A DNA stretch of 64,000 nucleotides, taken from the NCBI RefSeq assembly GCF_032062105.1, contig NW_026935196.1, positions 124,001 through 188,000 of the forward strand, in the 5' to 3' direction. The stretch comes from Saccostrea cucullata (lineage: Eukaryota). Made by a program: the position numbers and the translations under genes. Below are positions 12,065-24,597 of the stretch, one piece after another. The notes beneath the pieces were generated by a model, which did not search any database, had not been told where the DNA came from, and saw nothing but the letters and a program-made list of their open reading frames with translations. Position 1 is the stretch's first letter, and each line of letters opens with the position of its first letter.

Positions 12065-13684
12065 CATCAGAGCACCATAGAAGAGAAAAATATGTGAAAT
12101 CTGCCTCTTGGAGGAAAACTTCATTCTGGAAACTCCCTTTATTATGTTTATTCGAAAATTTGAATTATTCATTAATTTTAAAGAAGTAAATGAAGGCACC
12201 AGTTGAGAGAGACACGTTATTTTTTTATGAAGTATATTTGGGTTAAATACCACGATAAAGAATTAAAACTTGATAGAAAAGAGAAAAAAAGTCACAAATG
12301 CCTTGTGATTCACCCGAGATCAAATTAATATGGATCTTTTTGCACTTGGCAAAAAATTGCATGACTGAAATATTGATTAATAAATACTGAGAATGATATA
12401 TAATGCTTTGCAATAAGAATAAAATAGCCTTGTTCTCTCAAATATGTGACTTGAATTTTTTCCACTTCAAGATAAGAAAATGAAGCAAAATTAAATATAC
12501 TGTTAAAAGTCAGTGAAAGAGCAATGCCATATGACCTTTTTAAGAAATAGAAATACCCCCACCCCCATCACAAGAACCATGACCTGCACAACGTGTTTAA
12601 TTCAGTTAAAATATAGATCCATATAATTTACTGTTCTTCCTGAAACCTTTTCCTAGTCAGTTCTTTTCCCCCCTTTCTTTGGGGGGGGGGGGGATTTGAA
12701 AAAATCAAGCTCAATCATTTGAAATTCAGTTCTTTGTATAGCTACTTGTTGTCTGCATGATACTGAAAATTCAACTTAACTTTTTATTGAGTTTTATTTC
12801 AGAAAAGAGTTTTAAAAATTGATTGATGAATCTAAATTATTTAATTAAGAAGTTATATTCATTTGAATTTTTTTTTTTACTTATAAGTCTGTTCTCAATT
12901 TGTGGTCTTGTAGCCTGATCAAATTAATGTGCCACTTTGAAGACCTTATCGAAGAATTTTGTACATGTATATGAATTACATGCATGTCCACTTTTCTATT
13001 GCATGTGCAAATTCTTTCCCCATTTAGTCCACAGTCCAGTTGAGACAGATGTTATATGAATACCTTATACATTTTTTTCTTGCAAATTAATGTCTCTTGC
13101 CCTACAGAAGAGAACACCCCCTCCCCACCCCGCTACAGGTTAAGCTTTGTCAGTGGATCCAGCAGTTTGGCGTTGCTTTTTTTCTCCTCTCCGTAATCTA
13201 GAGATCTCGAATATAATGTCACGCGTACGATGTCAATATAATCCGATCGTAAAATAGCGTATGATAGTTTATCTTATTGTAGGAAAAACATATATTCTTT
13301 TCAAAAAGGTCTACTGGCCTGGGTTCTGCATACCGGTATGCAACCATGAATTACGATGAAAATACCAGTATGAAGAGGGGATTGTATGATCATACACGTA
13401 CATTTGTTTCCTTAGGGGAGGAGTCCCTGTAAAACCAATCATCTGCTACATGTAGGTATTTTAGGGGAGTAGGGCACTGCATAGCCAATGTTCTTTTAGG
13501 TCCCCTTGGTGCCTGTGCAGATAATAGGTCAATGCCCAGAAAATCTGTTTTAGATAAAAAAGTAAAACTTTGTATAGACCCATATTATCTGTGTGTATGT
13601 GTGTTCTTATGGGAAAAGTTTCAGCTTTGTGAGGGAGAATAATTCATTAAAAATAATTTTTAAAATCGGTCTAAAAAATTAAAT

Positions 13685-14055
13685 TGTCTGTCCGTATTTA
13701 GCTGTCTGTGTGTCTGTCCGTAAAATTTTTTTGGTTGTTGAGGCATGCCAGAAGGTGGAATTCATTTTGTTCATATCCGATGTCAACTTCCTAATTATGC
13801 GTGCGTCAGTCCGTACCATACATAACAGATTCTCAGCAACTACTTATTGCAGATGCTTTAAATTTTAGCACATTCTTTGTTGAGGCATGTCATTTTGTGG
13901 GATTCATTTTTGTTTAAATCCTATGTCAACTTCCTGTTTATCTTTGCGTCTGTCCGTACCATACATAACAAATTTTCGTCGCAGTTTTCTGAGCAACTAT
14001 ACTCATCGCAGATGCTTGAAGTTTTTAAACATTCTTTGTTTAGGCACGTCATATC
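13685..14055 (+). repeat. HINE/Helentron-like repeat fragment with internal tandem duplication
   Basis: GTCTGTCCGT microsatellite-like motif and two copies of atgtcaacttcct...gtccgtaccatacataaca...gcaactac...gcagatgctt...cattctttgtt.aggca. Confidence 0.55.
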
Positions 14056-14519
14056 AAGTAGTCAAAACAGAATTAAAAAAATAAATTTTAATATTCAAAT
14101 TCTTTATTTACTATATTTAACATGAAAATGTTTAACACAAACAAATAATAAAACCATTCTGGCTTTGGAACATTACACCACATTTACTACAACATTTCTC
14201 CCGTAACTCCCACATCTAACTCCGTCATCACAATAATAAAGATCTGTAGGTCATTGAGGAATCCACTGAACAACATCCATAAAGCATTGTACAAATCCAC
14301 CCTTTAGTATAAAATACAAATTATTCATAAATCTACAGCTTAGTTGAGAAATTCTTCCTCTTTGTTTTTTAAAAAATGGTGATATTACTTGACAGGTTTA
14401 AAATTGCACTTGCCATTTTTATAATATAAATTACACTACAGAATATTGCAAATTTAAATGCTAGTTATGGACTTAATAAAAAGATGATTGAGCTGTAATA
14501 CATGTACAACCGATGAAGA

Positions 14520-14599
14520 CCAATCTGATTAAAATCAGATCCTTTGATCTGTAGCGATCTATGTGAGTGGATCAAAGGATCTGATTTTAATCAGACTGG
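14520..14599. mobile_element. 80-bp foldback element with flanking direct repeat
   Basis: CCAATCTGATTAAAATCAGATCCTTTGATC ... GATCAAAGGATCTGATTTTAATCAGACTGG, flanked by ATGAAGA on both sides. Confidence 0.75.
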
Positions 14600-16063
14600 A
14601 TGAAGATATAATTGTACAAACAATTCATAGAATTCAGTTCTAAATTTAAAATCACAATCTTAAATAAAGTTGTAAATGCAAATGTTCATAAACCCTTTAT
14701 CAACATGTGGATATCATTAGACTATAAAGAAAAAAATCACAACCAAAAGTTCTGTTTGTGTATCTGCTTTTCTATTAATTATTTACTTAATAAATCAATT
14801 CCTACACATAGATTTATCAAATACCACTTTATATAAATATATATCTTGAAATAAAATGGCAGCTTTCTTTCTGTTTACCCCCCCCCCCCCCCCACTTTGT
14901 CTTACAGAAAAAATAAAACTGCTGCAAAATAAAAGCTGTATACAGTTGTCAAGGATATAAATGTATTTTGTAGGAATATCAGAAACATAATAAAATAATA
15001 ATAAAATAAATATACAACCTACAAAATAAATATACAACCTATACATTAGAGATTCATTAAAGAGATCAATAACTACACGTTATAAGAGTCTAATATTATG
15101 GCTAATCCGATATAAACTTTTAGGGGAACTTATTTGTAACAAGCATCCTGTAAACAATATCACAAAGCTATTACCGGTAAACACAACAATAAAATAAATA
15201 TACTGGATTTCTTCTCCAGAATAAAGGGACTATGTCATATACCATTGAAATGATGAAAGATAAGGATTATCATAGGGACTTTATCTTCAAATAATTAATA
15301 GCTTGTCCAAAGTTGACCTTAAAAATAAATTTGTGAATTTCATCTTCCAAAAAAAAAATTATTAATAATATAGCACTTTATAAATCAAAATAAAGAAAAT
15401 TAAAAAAACCCAAACAAAACAAACATTAAAATTCATTTGTATACAGGAAACTGTAATCTGAAGTACATGTATATATGTAAATCCAAATTTAAATTTAATA
15501 TATATCAAGCTAAATCTGGCAAGAAAAGAAAAATGTTCAGACACAAGGAAGCACAAATAAAATTGATGGAAAACTCTGGAAGTTTTTAAAATAATATATT
15601 TTCCTTGTATATTCCCAAAATAATCTACAATCATTTAAGCCACCTAAAGATCCCCCCAAAAAATCAACATCATTCTCCTTATATCACTGTTAAAATAAAA
15701 TATCATTTGTAATACATGTAATAAATAACAAGGTCAATATAATGGTATTTAACAGTGATCCTAACTATTATGTCTCAAATTCCAATAAAGCATAAAAAGA
15801 GGTGCACCAAAAGCTCCACCCCAATTAATGGGAAAGATGAAAACCTGCTAATGACTCTTACAGAGTCTGATTAAAACAAAGGAAAATGCCAAACTTCATA
15901 TACTTTAGAGGTTCAAGTCATGTGAAAATGTTTTAGAAACCAGATTTAGACTCAGAGACTGCATTCTAAGTTTCTATTGGTAGAAACATATACATCTATC
16001 TGGTGTTTTGAGGAGAATGAAGATGGAATGTTTATAATTTTGTGTGATGAACACTGTAATCAT

Positions 16064-19000
16064 TCAGTCACTGTTGTAATCATCAAAGTTCTCTCCCCTG
16101 ACAATCTCGGACTGATGATAGCGCCCTCTGCTGGCAAAGTCCTCATTGTCGTCAGTTAGCTGGGCAGCCATTAGGTTCATTGCTGGCGTGGCTGGCGCGA
16201 CGATTATCTCCTCTTGTACATCCTTCCCACCTCTGTTAATGGAGAAATCATAAGCTGACTATTGATAATTCTATTAGAAAATCTAAAGTAAAGTTTACAA
16301 GTGTAAAAGACGAAAGCTGTGGAAAATTTTAAAATAAGTTTTTAACACACACACAAGCAACTTAACAGGTACTATACATGTATCCACTCAAATTTCATTG
16401 TGAGGGGATAATAAAGTATTAGTAATACAAAATATATATTTACCTGCAACAACGTTTAATGCCTCCTTTAATCCACTCATACATGTTAAAATCGGCAATT
16501 CCTGCAGAGAAACAAAAACAAGAATGGTCATGTTTAATTTTACTATATACTAAAACTTATGTTTATTTGAAATCCTTTTGGGAAAAAAAAATTCAAAGTT
16601 GTATTGAAATCAAGTCAATAACCCAAAGAAAAAGAACTTTCATCAAGTTAAACAGGTTGACCTTTGGCTCAGCTTGAGCTGACTTGTAGTGTATTGAAGT
16701 GGTAGCCTACCTGGGAAGTAGCCTGGGCTGGCCTGTCCTATGTAGATGTATATGATTAGTACAACTGTCATCTCCCCCAAGGCATAGGCCCACTGTACCG
16801 AGAACATGATGACGATACACACTAAGGTCTGGAAGCAAATACATGTATCATTAAACTTATCATTTTATCAGTGGTCTTAAAAAATAATTTAAGCAAGGTC
16901 AACTTAAAGTTTCATTAGCCTTACATAAAAGTTGAATTGTTCACCATTTTAAATACTGTGGTGAGATTGGTAGCAATACACATACCCCAAACAGTGAGAG
17001 CCACCTGTTACATAGGAAAGAGTACATACCGTGGAGAGACTGGTAATAATACACATACCCCAAACAGTGAGAGCCACCTGTTACATAGGAAAGAGTACCA
17101 GGAGGTCGGTTGTTTGATGATTTCATCGCTCAAGGATTTCTTCTCTTTTTCTGTTAACAGTTAATTTATCATAAATTATATTCAATGAACTTCACAAACG
17201 CCATTTCAAATAAAGAATAATCATAAAAGTAAAGTTTAAACATATTATCTTCTGTACAGAAGATGTGGATTTTTTTGGTTCATAAAGAACTTTACCATGA
17301 ATTCTGTACGTACCATCATCCCAATATTACATCATTCTGAATACTTTATAAACAATATACTTGACCCTACATTGTGTATATTTCTCTTTGTTACCTGTTC
17401 CTTGTGGTGTTTTCTCAGGTAGAAGATTAGACTTGTCCCCCTGGTCAGTGGTGTTCTCCGCGGAGAACCGCCTCTTGGTGGCGTCAAAGTCTGCCTCAGG
17501 TGTGGTGGCTCCACTCTGACCACTCCCCTGTCTAACAAGGTGGTGCTGCCCGCGCTGTGTCATTCTCTCTGGGAACAGACTGTCTAAATCACTGGCCAGC
17601 TTCTCAAATGAATCCTTAGGTCTCGGGACCGTGTAAGTTCCATAACTAACACCGCCATTTCCCAGGTCCCCAGCAGACAGCTTCTTTTTGTTCACGGGTC
17701 CATATTTAAGTTCATTTTCCTGATGTTTATCGTAAGACATGGCAAGTGCAAAGTAGGCATAATCTATAGCTGCGTAGGTCATCATAAATGCAGTAGTGAC
17801 AATTGGGGCTAGGGAGTTTACGTCCCCCACAAAGATGAATAGAAGTGTGACTAGAGTTATAAGGATTAAAGCATAAATAGGAACTTTGTTAGGTCCTCTC
17901 TGAAAAAAAGATAAGAAACTCATTTAAGATTGATTATGGCAAAAATTAAACTCAACTTGTCTCTTATTGAAAAAGATGTCTTCAAAGAAGTACATGAACC
18001 TTTGTTTTTTTTTTACCCCAAAAAGGTCACTGGTAAAAAATTATGCTAATAAAAATCTATTAATCATGTACATGTGTAAAATATTTTCATTACGCTTGTA
18101 ACAGAAGCTCATCTTTAATAATCAACCCTATTATTCTAAACACATTGCAGACAGAAACTTATTTTACATTACAAGTGAAAATAGGAATAAAACATAATTA
18201 AACCTAAAGTCTTTCAATTTATACTGACCCCTTGACCTAATAAACGAATTATTGGCATGACGTTCTCGTTCGCTATGGACTGGAGGATTCTGGGAGGTCC
18301 ATAAAGACTTCCCATACACGACGATACAGAGGATATATATAGACCAGCTAACCATAGGAACCCCGCTATAGACACCTGGAAAAAACAATAATTAAACAAT
18401 TAAAATATCAGCTTTACAGTATGGGAGACCAGAATTAGTTACCTGTAAAGCACATGACACAGACAATCAAAATAACAGCAATAAAATATTGTAAATTACT
18501 TTTTATTTCAGAGAACCTTATTTTTGCATGATTTTGCAAGAGAATGTGCTCTAGAAATTTTCATTCTTGCATATATTTGTAATCCTTAAAATTATATAGA
18601 GCAAAAACCGTCATTCATGAAAATTTTGTCTGCTTATAAAGATTTCATGAATATCTCACAAAAAAAAGGTGTTGCAAAAATTTAGTGATCTACAGTATTG
18701 GAATCCAGCCTGGAAAACAAAGGAAAAGGACAATCAAATTATCAGAATGAATTAAATTTTGCCTTTAAAACCCTGCAGTAATATAAAGCTTACCTTTTCT
18801 GCTATCATGACATCATCAATGAGGTAGAAGCGTACACACGTGGCACCAAGGACTAAGGTGAATGAAACATATAGAAGGGTTCTGAAAAGACAGACAAAAA
18901 AATCTAAGCATCCCCAGACAAATTACAAACTCAGAATTCTAACCCCAGGGGAAATATCTCAAGTAAATTCCACGCACTGCTGTGAACTTAATCAATTACT

Positions 19001-22000
19001 CACGAGACACCAAGTGCAGCCAGGGTTCCCTGTGGAATGTTGTTAAACGGGTCTTTAAGATCCCCACTCATGTTGATTCCCGCTAAGATTCCCGTTACCG
19101 TTGAAAAGAACAATCCCATCATGCTGAAAAAGCTCTCGCCTTCCAGGAAATCGGGATTGGAATTATTACGTAGATTGACCTCCATATAACCTGTCACACC
19201 ATGCTCTGTAATCCAAAGCAAAAGTTAAAATCTATTCAGACACATGATTATTTCCCCATGTTTGATACTTAAATATCAATATGATATGAAAATTGGGCTC
19301 CTTCTATACATATTACTTACAACACATGAAAATTTTTTATAACTTTTTTTTTTTTATTGAAAGAAAAGGTTAAATAATTGCTACTTGCTAACCTTGTTCC
19401 ATTTACTGAAAAAGTTGAAAATGAGTCTCATTGATCTGTGTGATCAAAAGATCTGACAATGTGATCAATAACTCACATGTATCTGTGTGTACATAAGATC
19501 CCACGATGGTTTTTATAACTCACGGCCTAGTTCAATGTGTACAAAAGATCCACAACTCACCTGGATCCGTGTGTACAAAAGATCCCACGATGAGATCCAT
19601 GGCAGAAAAGAACAAGGCAAACAACAGAATGAGCTGTAGTCGGATCACCCACTTCACTCCAGCTATGTTTATACCTGAAAAAAATTGAAGATGTGCATAT
19701 AAAATAGAGGAACTACATGTGTATTGAAGAATTTCAGGGTATATATAGGGTATATTCAATGTCTTGTCGTTGAATATGAAATTTATTTCATAAATGGGAC
19801 AGGATCCTATCTCAAAAGTGAAATAAATTTCATAGTGTCATAGGCTACATGATGTCAGACGTTACAGCATACCCCCCGCTTGAATTTTCGTCCGTTATTA
19901 CGTCCGTCTGTCCGTCCGTCTGTTACGCTTTTTCCTTATCCGCAACTCCTCTCATACCACTGAATGAAATTTGATGAAACTTTCACAGAATCTTTATTAC
20001 ATGTTATTGTGCACCTCCTATTTTACTTTTTGATACGACACATATTTTGGGTTTCCCGGCCACAGGAAAACATGGACTTTTTCACCAGTTATAACCATAT
20101 GGGAGGCGGGGGGTATCATTTAGTGAGCTCATCGCTCACAGTACCTCTAGTTTGAGATTGGAAGTCTTGTAAACTGCATTGCATTGCTCAATATACATAC
20201 AACAGTAGAGATGTTTTTTTAAAAAGTTATACATTTTCACTATATATGATCTATAAATCCTTATCCTAACTCCAGAACTACTGACCCTGGGGTTATGAAT
20301 TTCACTATTTTGGCAAAGGGATCAATGCATAAAACAATCATGTCTACAGTGTGACTGCTTGATGTTCAGGAATAAAGATGGAGAATTTCAAAGATTGCAT
20401 TAATTCAATGGTTTTTAGCTTTACCCCTATGACCTGAGGAGCCATAAACTTTTTTCCCCAAGATGCAAGCTGAAATTGGTAGAAAGTGTTTCAGTGGTCT
20501 TCGAGAAAAAGCCTATCAATATTAATTTAAAAATGCTTGTGACTGACACACATCACATGATGACAGACAAAGACAGATAGCATTAGTCACCTAGTGAATC
20601 TGGTGACAAAAAAGTTTGAAATATACAATAATTACCCAGCAGAAGCAGCACTAAGGCTATAGCTACACCCCTGGCAATCCATGGATCCTCCTCTCCCATT
20701 AGTCGCATGATGGATTCCCCAAACCCCATAACAGACAGTGAACAACTGACAGACTAAAAAAGCATTTTATTGAATTAAAAAAACTACTGTATACAGGGAA
20801 ATTTTCGCCCCTTTCACCCTACCCGCATTTGTGCGAATTTAAATGGGGGTGAATTCAAAGAATACAGTATAACTTCTTAAACAAAAGTATGAATGGGCGA
20901 ATTTAAAATGGGGCAAAATTGTTTGCAAGTGTGAAAGGGCGAAAATAAGATGGGGCGAAAATAACCCTGTATACAGTACTTAAATTTCAACATGTAATAA
21001 ATTCTAATTCTTTTTTGATGGTTCTCAATTCTGTACAGAAAATTTCATTATTTTTCTAGCTGGCACTAACTGCATTGGAAGAATTAAACAGATTGCATTT
21101 TAGTTTAACAAAATTCATCACTTGTTGTCTCTTGGGGTTTTTCTGAGTGAATGAACATTGCAAAAAAACAAAAGGGATTTTGTTTGATCTAAAATGTGTA
21201 CACTTTTTCAAATGCTAAAATAAGTACAAAAGTATACTATGTTTTACATATTAGACTCTTACTTGTGCAAAGCAGTAGAGAATTCCTATACAGCCCCCGA
21301 TTCTTCCTCCCAGGACATGAGACACGAGGAAATAAACCCCCCCTCCCTCCATCTTACATCGCTCACAGACCCCTATAGCACTCAGGGCCACGATCAGTAC
21401 TATGAACACAGTCACAAATATCATCAGTATCGTCAGTAGGATACCAGCATTCCCCTGCAATAAAACAGGTCTTACATTCAACTGAGGAAACTTAAATCAG
21501 ACAATACACCAGTTCTCACCATCAATTAATGAAATTTAAACAGAAAATATAATAAAAAATTATTTTTAATCTTAATTCCATTTTTTTGCCTCTTATTTCA
21601 TGGAGAGTGTTGTATGTAATCGCTTTAATTTTTTTTACGAGTAATATTTAAGCGAGCCTTACGACAATCCATCCCATCCTGAGGAAGATGACAACACCTA
21701 GGATGTTGATGAGACAAGAAGTGAACACTCCGTCCCACGTCCCAAACAGAACAGGCTCCGAAATAAAGAAGTTGGCCTTATACCACGGCTTCTGGGAGGA
21801 TAGCTAAAAGTTACATATAAATTATATTATAATATCTCTTTTGCTCATGTTTCTTTGTTCAATAAGGATCTTTTCACAGATGTTTAGATGTTCAAGTTTA
21901 ATTCAGGCAAAAAAGTATTGAAATGTAAAGAGAACCTATGATGTTTTTATATTGTAGATTCTAAATATTGATACTAAAATTATCCACATCTCACATCAAC

Positions 22001-22278
22001 AATAGATATTAATCAGCCCAACGAGCCTCATCCATACTGAGAACTTTGTGAATGAGTAGCATCTCTACCTGATCCTCTCTGAAGAGTTCGTTATGTTTGC
22101 CTTCCTCCAGTGACTGGTAGCTGCCATCTTGGATTTCTGAAGGTGACCGGTGCACACCTGATTCTCCTTTGACTGGTTCCCGGCTCAGACCAAACCGGCT
22201 CCAGTCCGGCTGCTTCTTCTTCCCCTTGGCCTGGTCTGCCATCAGTGATGTGTTCTCATTGTCTGAGGAACCCGACAT
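16064..22278 (-). CDS. SLC12A8: Solute carrier family 12 member 8 (CCC9) homolog, 13 coding exons
   Basis: Exons 22278-22069, 21803-21663 ([30 protein letters not shown]), 21454-21263 ([13 protein letters not shown]), 20753-20636, 19674-19561 ([13 protein letters not shown]), 19205-19004 ([15 protein letters not shown]), 18881-18794, 18375-18229 ([12 protein letters not shown]), 17899-17395, 17150-17059, 16828-16711, 16501-16444, 16232-16064 ([18 protein letters not shown]). All are GT-AG and phase-consistent. Confidence 0.95.
16119..16135 (-). promoter_or_regulatory. Candidate CTCF site inside the last coding exon of SLC12A8
   Basis: GCCAGCAGAGGGCGCTA matches the CTCF core consensus CCASYAGRKGGCRS; no binding data. 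Confidence 0.4.
16955..17098 (-). repeat. 73-bp tandem duplication of an SLC12A8 exon 3' end plus donor site
   Basis: TACTCTTTCCTATGTAACAGGTGGCTCTCACTGTTTGGG|gtatgtgtatt occurs twice (donor GT at 17058 and 16985). Confidence 0.95.
18487..18697. mobile_element. Degenerate TA-type MITE
   Basis: Starts ta(t)tgtaaatta and ends tagtgatctacagta; a similar end (tagtgatttacagta) follows the gap at 44130-44173. Confidence 0.45.
19425..19595 (-). repeat. Degenerate 3-4 copy tandem repeat of an SLC12A8 exon end plus GTGAGT donor
   Basis: actcac.tg.atc.gtgtgtaca.aagatcccacgatg at 19555-19592 (real) and 19471-19508; partial copies at about 19518 and 19425. Confidence 0.8.
19870..20152 (+). mobile_element. 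Short Helitron/Helentron-derived non-autonomous element
   Basis: GTCC/GTCT microsatellite near the 5' end, 3' hairpin GTGAGC..GCTCAC and terminal CTAGT. Confidence 0.6.
20785..20978. mobile_element. TA-flanked MITE (Tc1/mariner-type)
   Basis: TIR TACTGTATACAGGG..ATTTTCGCCCC / GGGGCGAAAAT..CCCTGTATACAGTA. Confidence 0.85.
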
Positions 22279-24261
22279 TGTTGACCTTTGACCTCCTTGC
22301 TCCACTGCATCTTCAACTCATGCTGAGACTATCTTCAAAATTTTTTTTTACAAATTTTAAATTTCTGTTAAAATATGCAAGAAACACTTTTTTCATTTTG
22401 CCAGTGATCAAAAATTGTACAGATCTCTTAAAGCATTGAGTGATCGTATTTGATTGTGTGTACTGTTTCATAAATCACGCAAGCTGTGCACACATGACCA
22501 TATATATTGCCTTTTTTTACTTTATAAAAATGCACAGATCTTGTGTCATATATGATGCATTGTACTGCAATAGGATCAATGCATTAAGTTGACACCTATC
22601 TTGCTTAACCACTTTCTATTTCATTGTACCGGTATATTTTACTTAAATACCAAATACCTACTTAATATTTCATTATCCCTTCAATCTGAAGTGGATGATT
22701 TACTACAGACAGACAGACAATCACAGAAGTCTACAAAATGGAAGTCTAAAGTCTGGAAACAAATTCACATGTACATGTATCATAGTGCGTCAACAAAGCA
22801 CTTTTCTATTTTTCTGATTCCAACAACTATGTTTTTCAAGAAACAATAATTTGCGAATTGAATGAAGATACATAGTAACTTGCTTTTTTCTAACATATAA
22901 TACACTCATCATTTTCTCATTACAGAATCACTGAAGAAAACAAAAGTTCTCTTCAGCTAAACATCTCCACTTTATCACCACATTTACGACTAATTAGAAA
23001 TTCCCTGACGATCACAGAACAAATCCTCTCAGAATACTGTAACGATCCTGTCCTCTCTCTCTATGCTATCAGCTTTCCGTTGACATTTCCCCATACGATA
23101 ATTTCTCCTGACGTTGCCTCCAATATTTCTACAGCTCTCAATTACTGAGGACAATGCGTGAAGATTTTGATTACTGGGGAAAATCTGAGTTCTAGTGACT
23201 GGCATAGAAACAGAGATACATGCACGCATTCTGTTAATAGAGCTTCAACATTAACCCATACAAATGAAAATGTCATAAGATTATGAGAACATTGTAGACA
23301 AGCATGACAATTAATCATAAAAATTTTCATTATTAAAATTATGCATAAGCAGCCATTTAGAAAAATGATTCCAATCAATAGAATGCAACTGAATCCCCCT
23401 CCCTCAATTAAAAAAACCCCACAAAATATCAAAACTATTTAATTACTAACAGTGTGTAATGAACAGTAATCGATCTATAATGAATAAGCATGGTAAGTAA
23501 ACAAAACGAATCAGGAACAGGACAAAAACCGGACACTCTGGTGGAATCAGGGGACTTGGAGAAGTAAACATCTCCTCTGTCAACCGCGGTCATAATAAGC
23601 ATGAGTGTAATTAGTCTGAAATATGCCGTCATACATATGTAAATCCTGAGCGATTGATTACAGAAACACTGGTAAAAAGACTCAGAAGCCAATTTTTAGT
23701 GTCAACTCTTCACTAATGACAGATACAGCTACACATCAGGACTTGTTGACATCTATCATGATCTCCAATAAATATTTATTACTGATTCACATCTGTATAT
23801 AGTTTCAACAGAGTTACTGAGTTATCCAATCTATCGCTGATACAAAAGCCTATAAAACTGAAAATCTTACTCAATATCGGTAACTGTAAATCAACTCATA
23901 TAATGTTCCTAATACATTTACAATGTTCATGTACCACTTACATGACTGGCACTTTCTTTTTCATTTTCATTATCTTCAAAAGAAGACTTGTGTTGTATAT
24001 ACTGTAAATGAGACCTATTAACCTACCCCTTTCTTTCTTTTATCTCCAGACTGAAAAACGGAAGCCTAACTTCCCGAGATCACAGCAGGTATGCTATAAA
24101 TATATTGGTCCTTTTTTTAACCACATTTACCTGTTAAAAACTTCCAATGTAGATAATGACTCATTTCTGGTTTAAGAAATTTAAATCCACCTGACTCCTG
24201 TAAGAAAATGTTAGTTCTACAAATAATTGTGAAGCAGTCCCAAAGTGCTGTTATTACAAAA

Positions 24262-24597
24262 TAATTTAATTTCAGTTGTAACACGTCATTTGATTGGTTA
24301 AACGGTTTTATCCATTTTGTATAACATAACTTGCCTACGTCACAATGAGTTACGTCAAAAACGTATTAAGTGCTGGACGTTAACTTTTAAAATATGCTAT
24401 ATTTGAAGCCTTTTTCCGAAGGAAAAAATGGAAAAATTGTATCGTTGTCTACATTGAAATTAAATTATAAGGAATGAAGCTTATTTCAATTTATGTTATA
24501 CGATATAAGAGTGCTTTTTTATAAACCGCTTCGCCGTAAACTGCCCCAAGTTATGTTATATCGTATAACAAAAGTTGAAATAAACTTCATTCCTTAA
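24262..24597. repeat. Dispersed repeat with subterminal inverted repeat; related partial copy at about 40720-40935
   Basis: Both copies share gttgtaac...tttgattgg.taaa...tacgtcacaatga.ttacgtcaaaaacgtat...gacgtta...aaattaaattataag.aatgaag; internal IR 24468-24508 vs 24556-24597. Confidence 0.7.
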
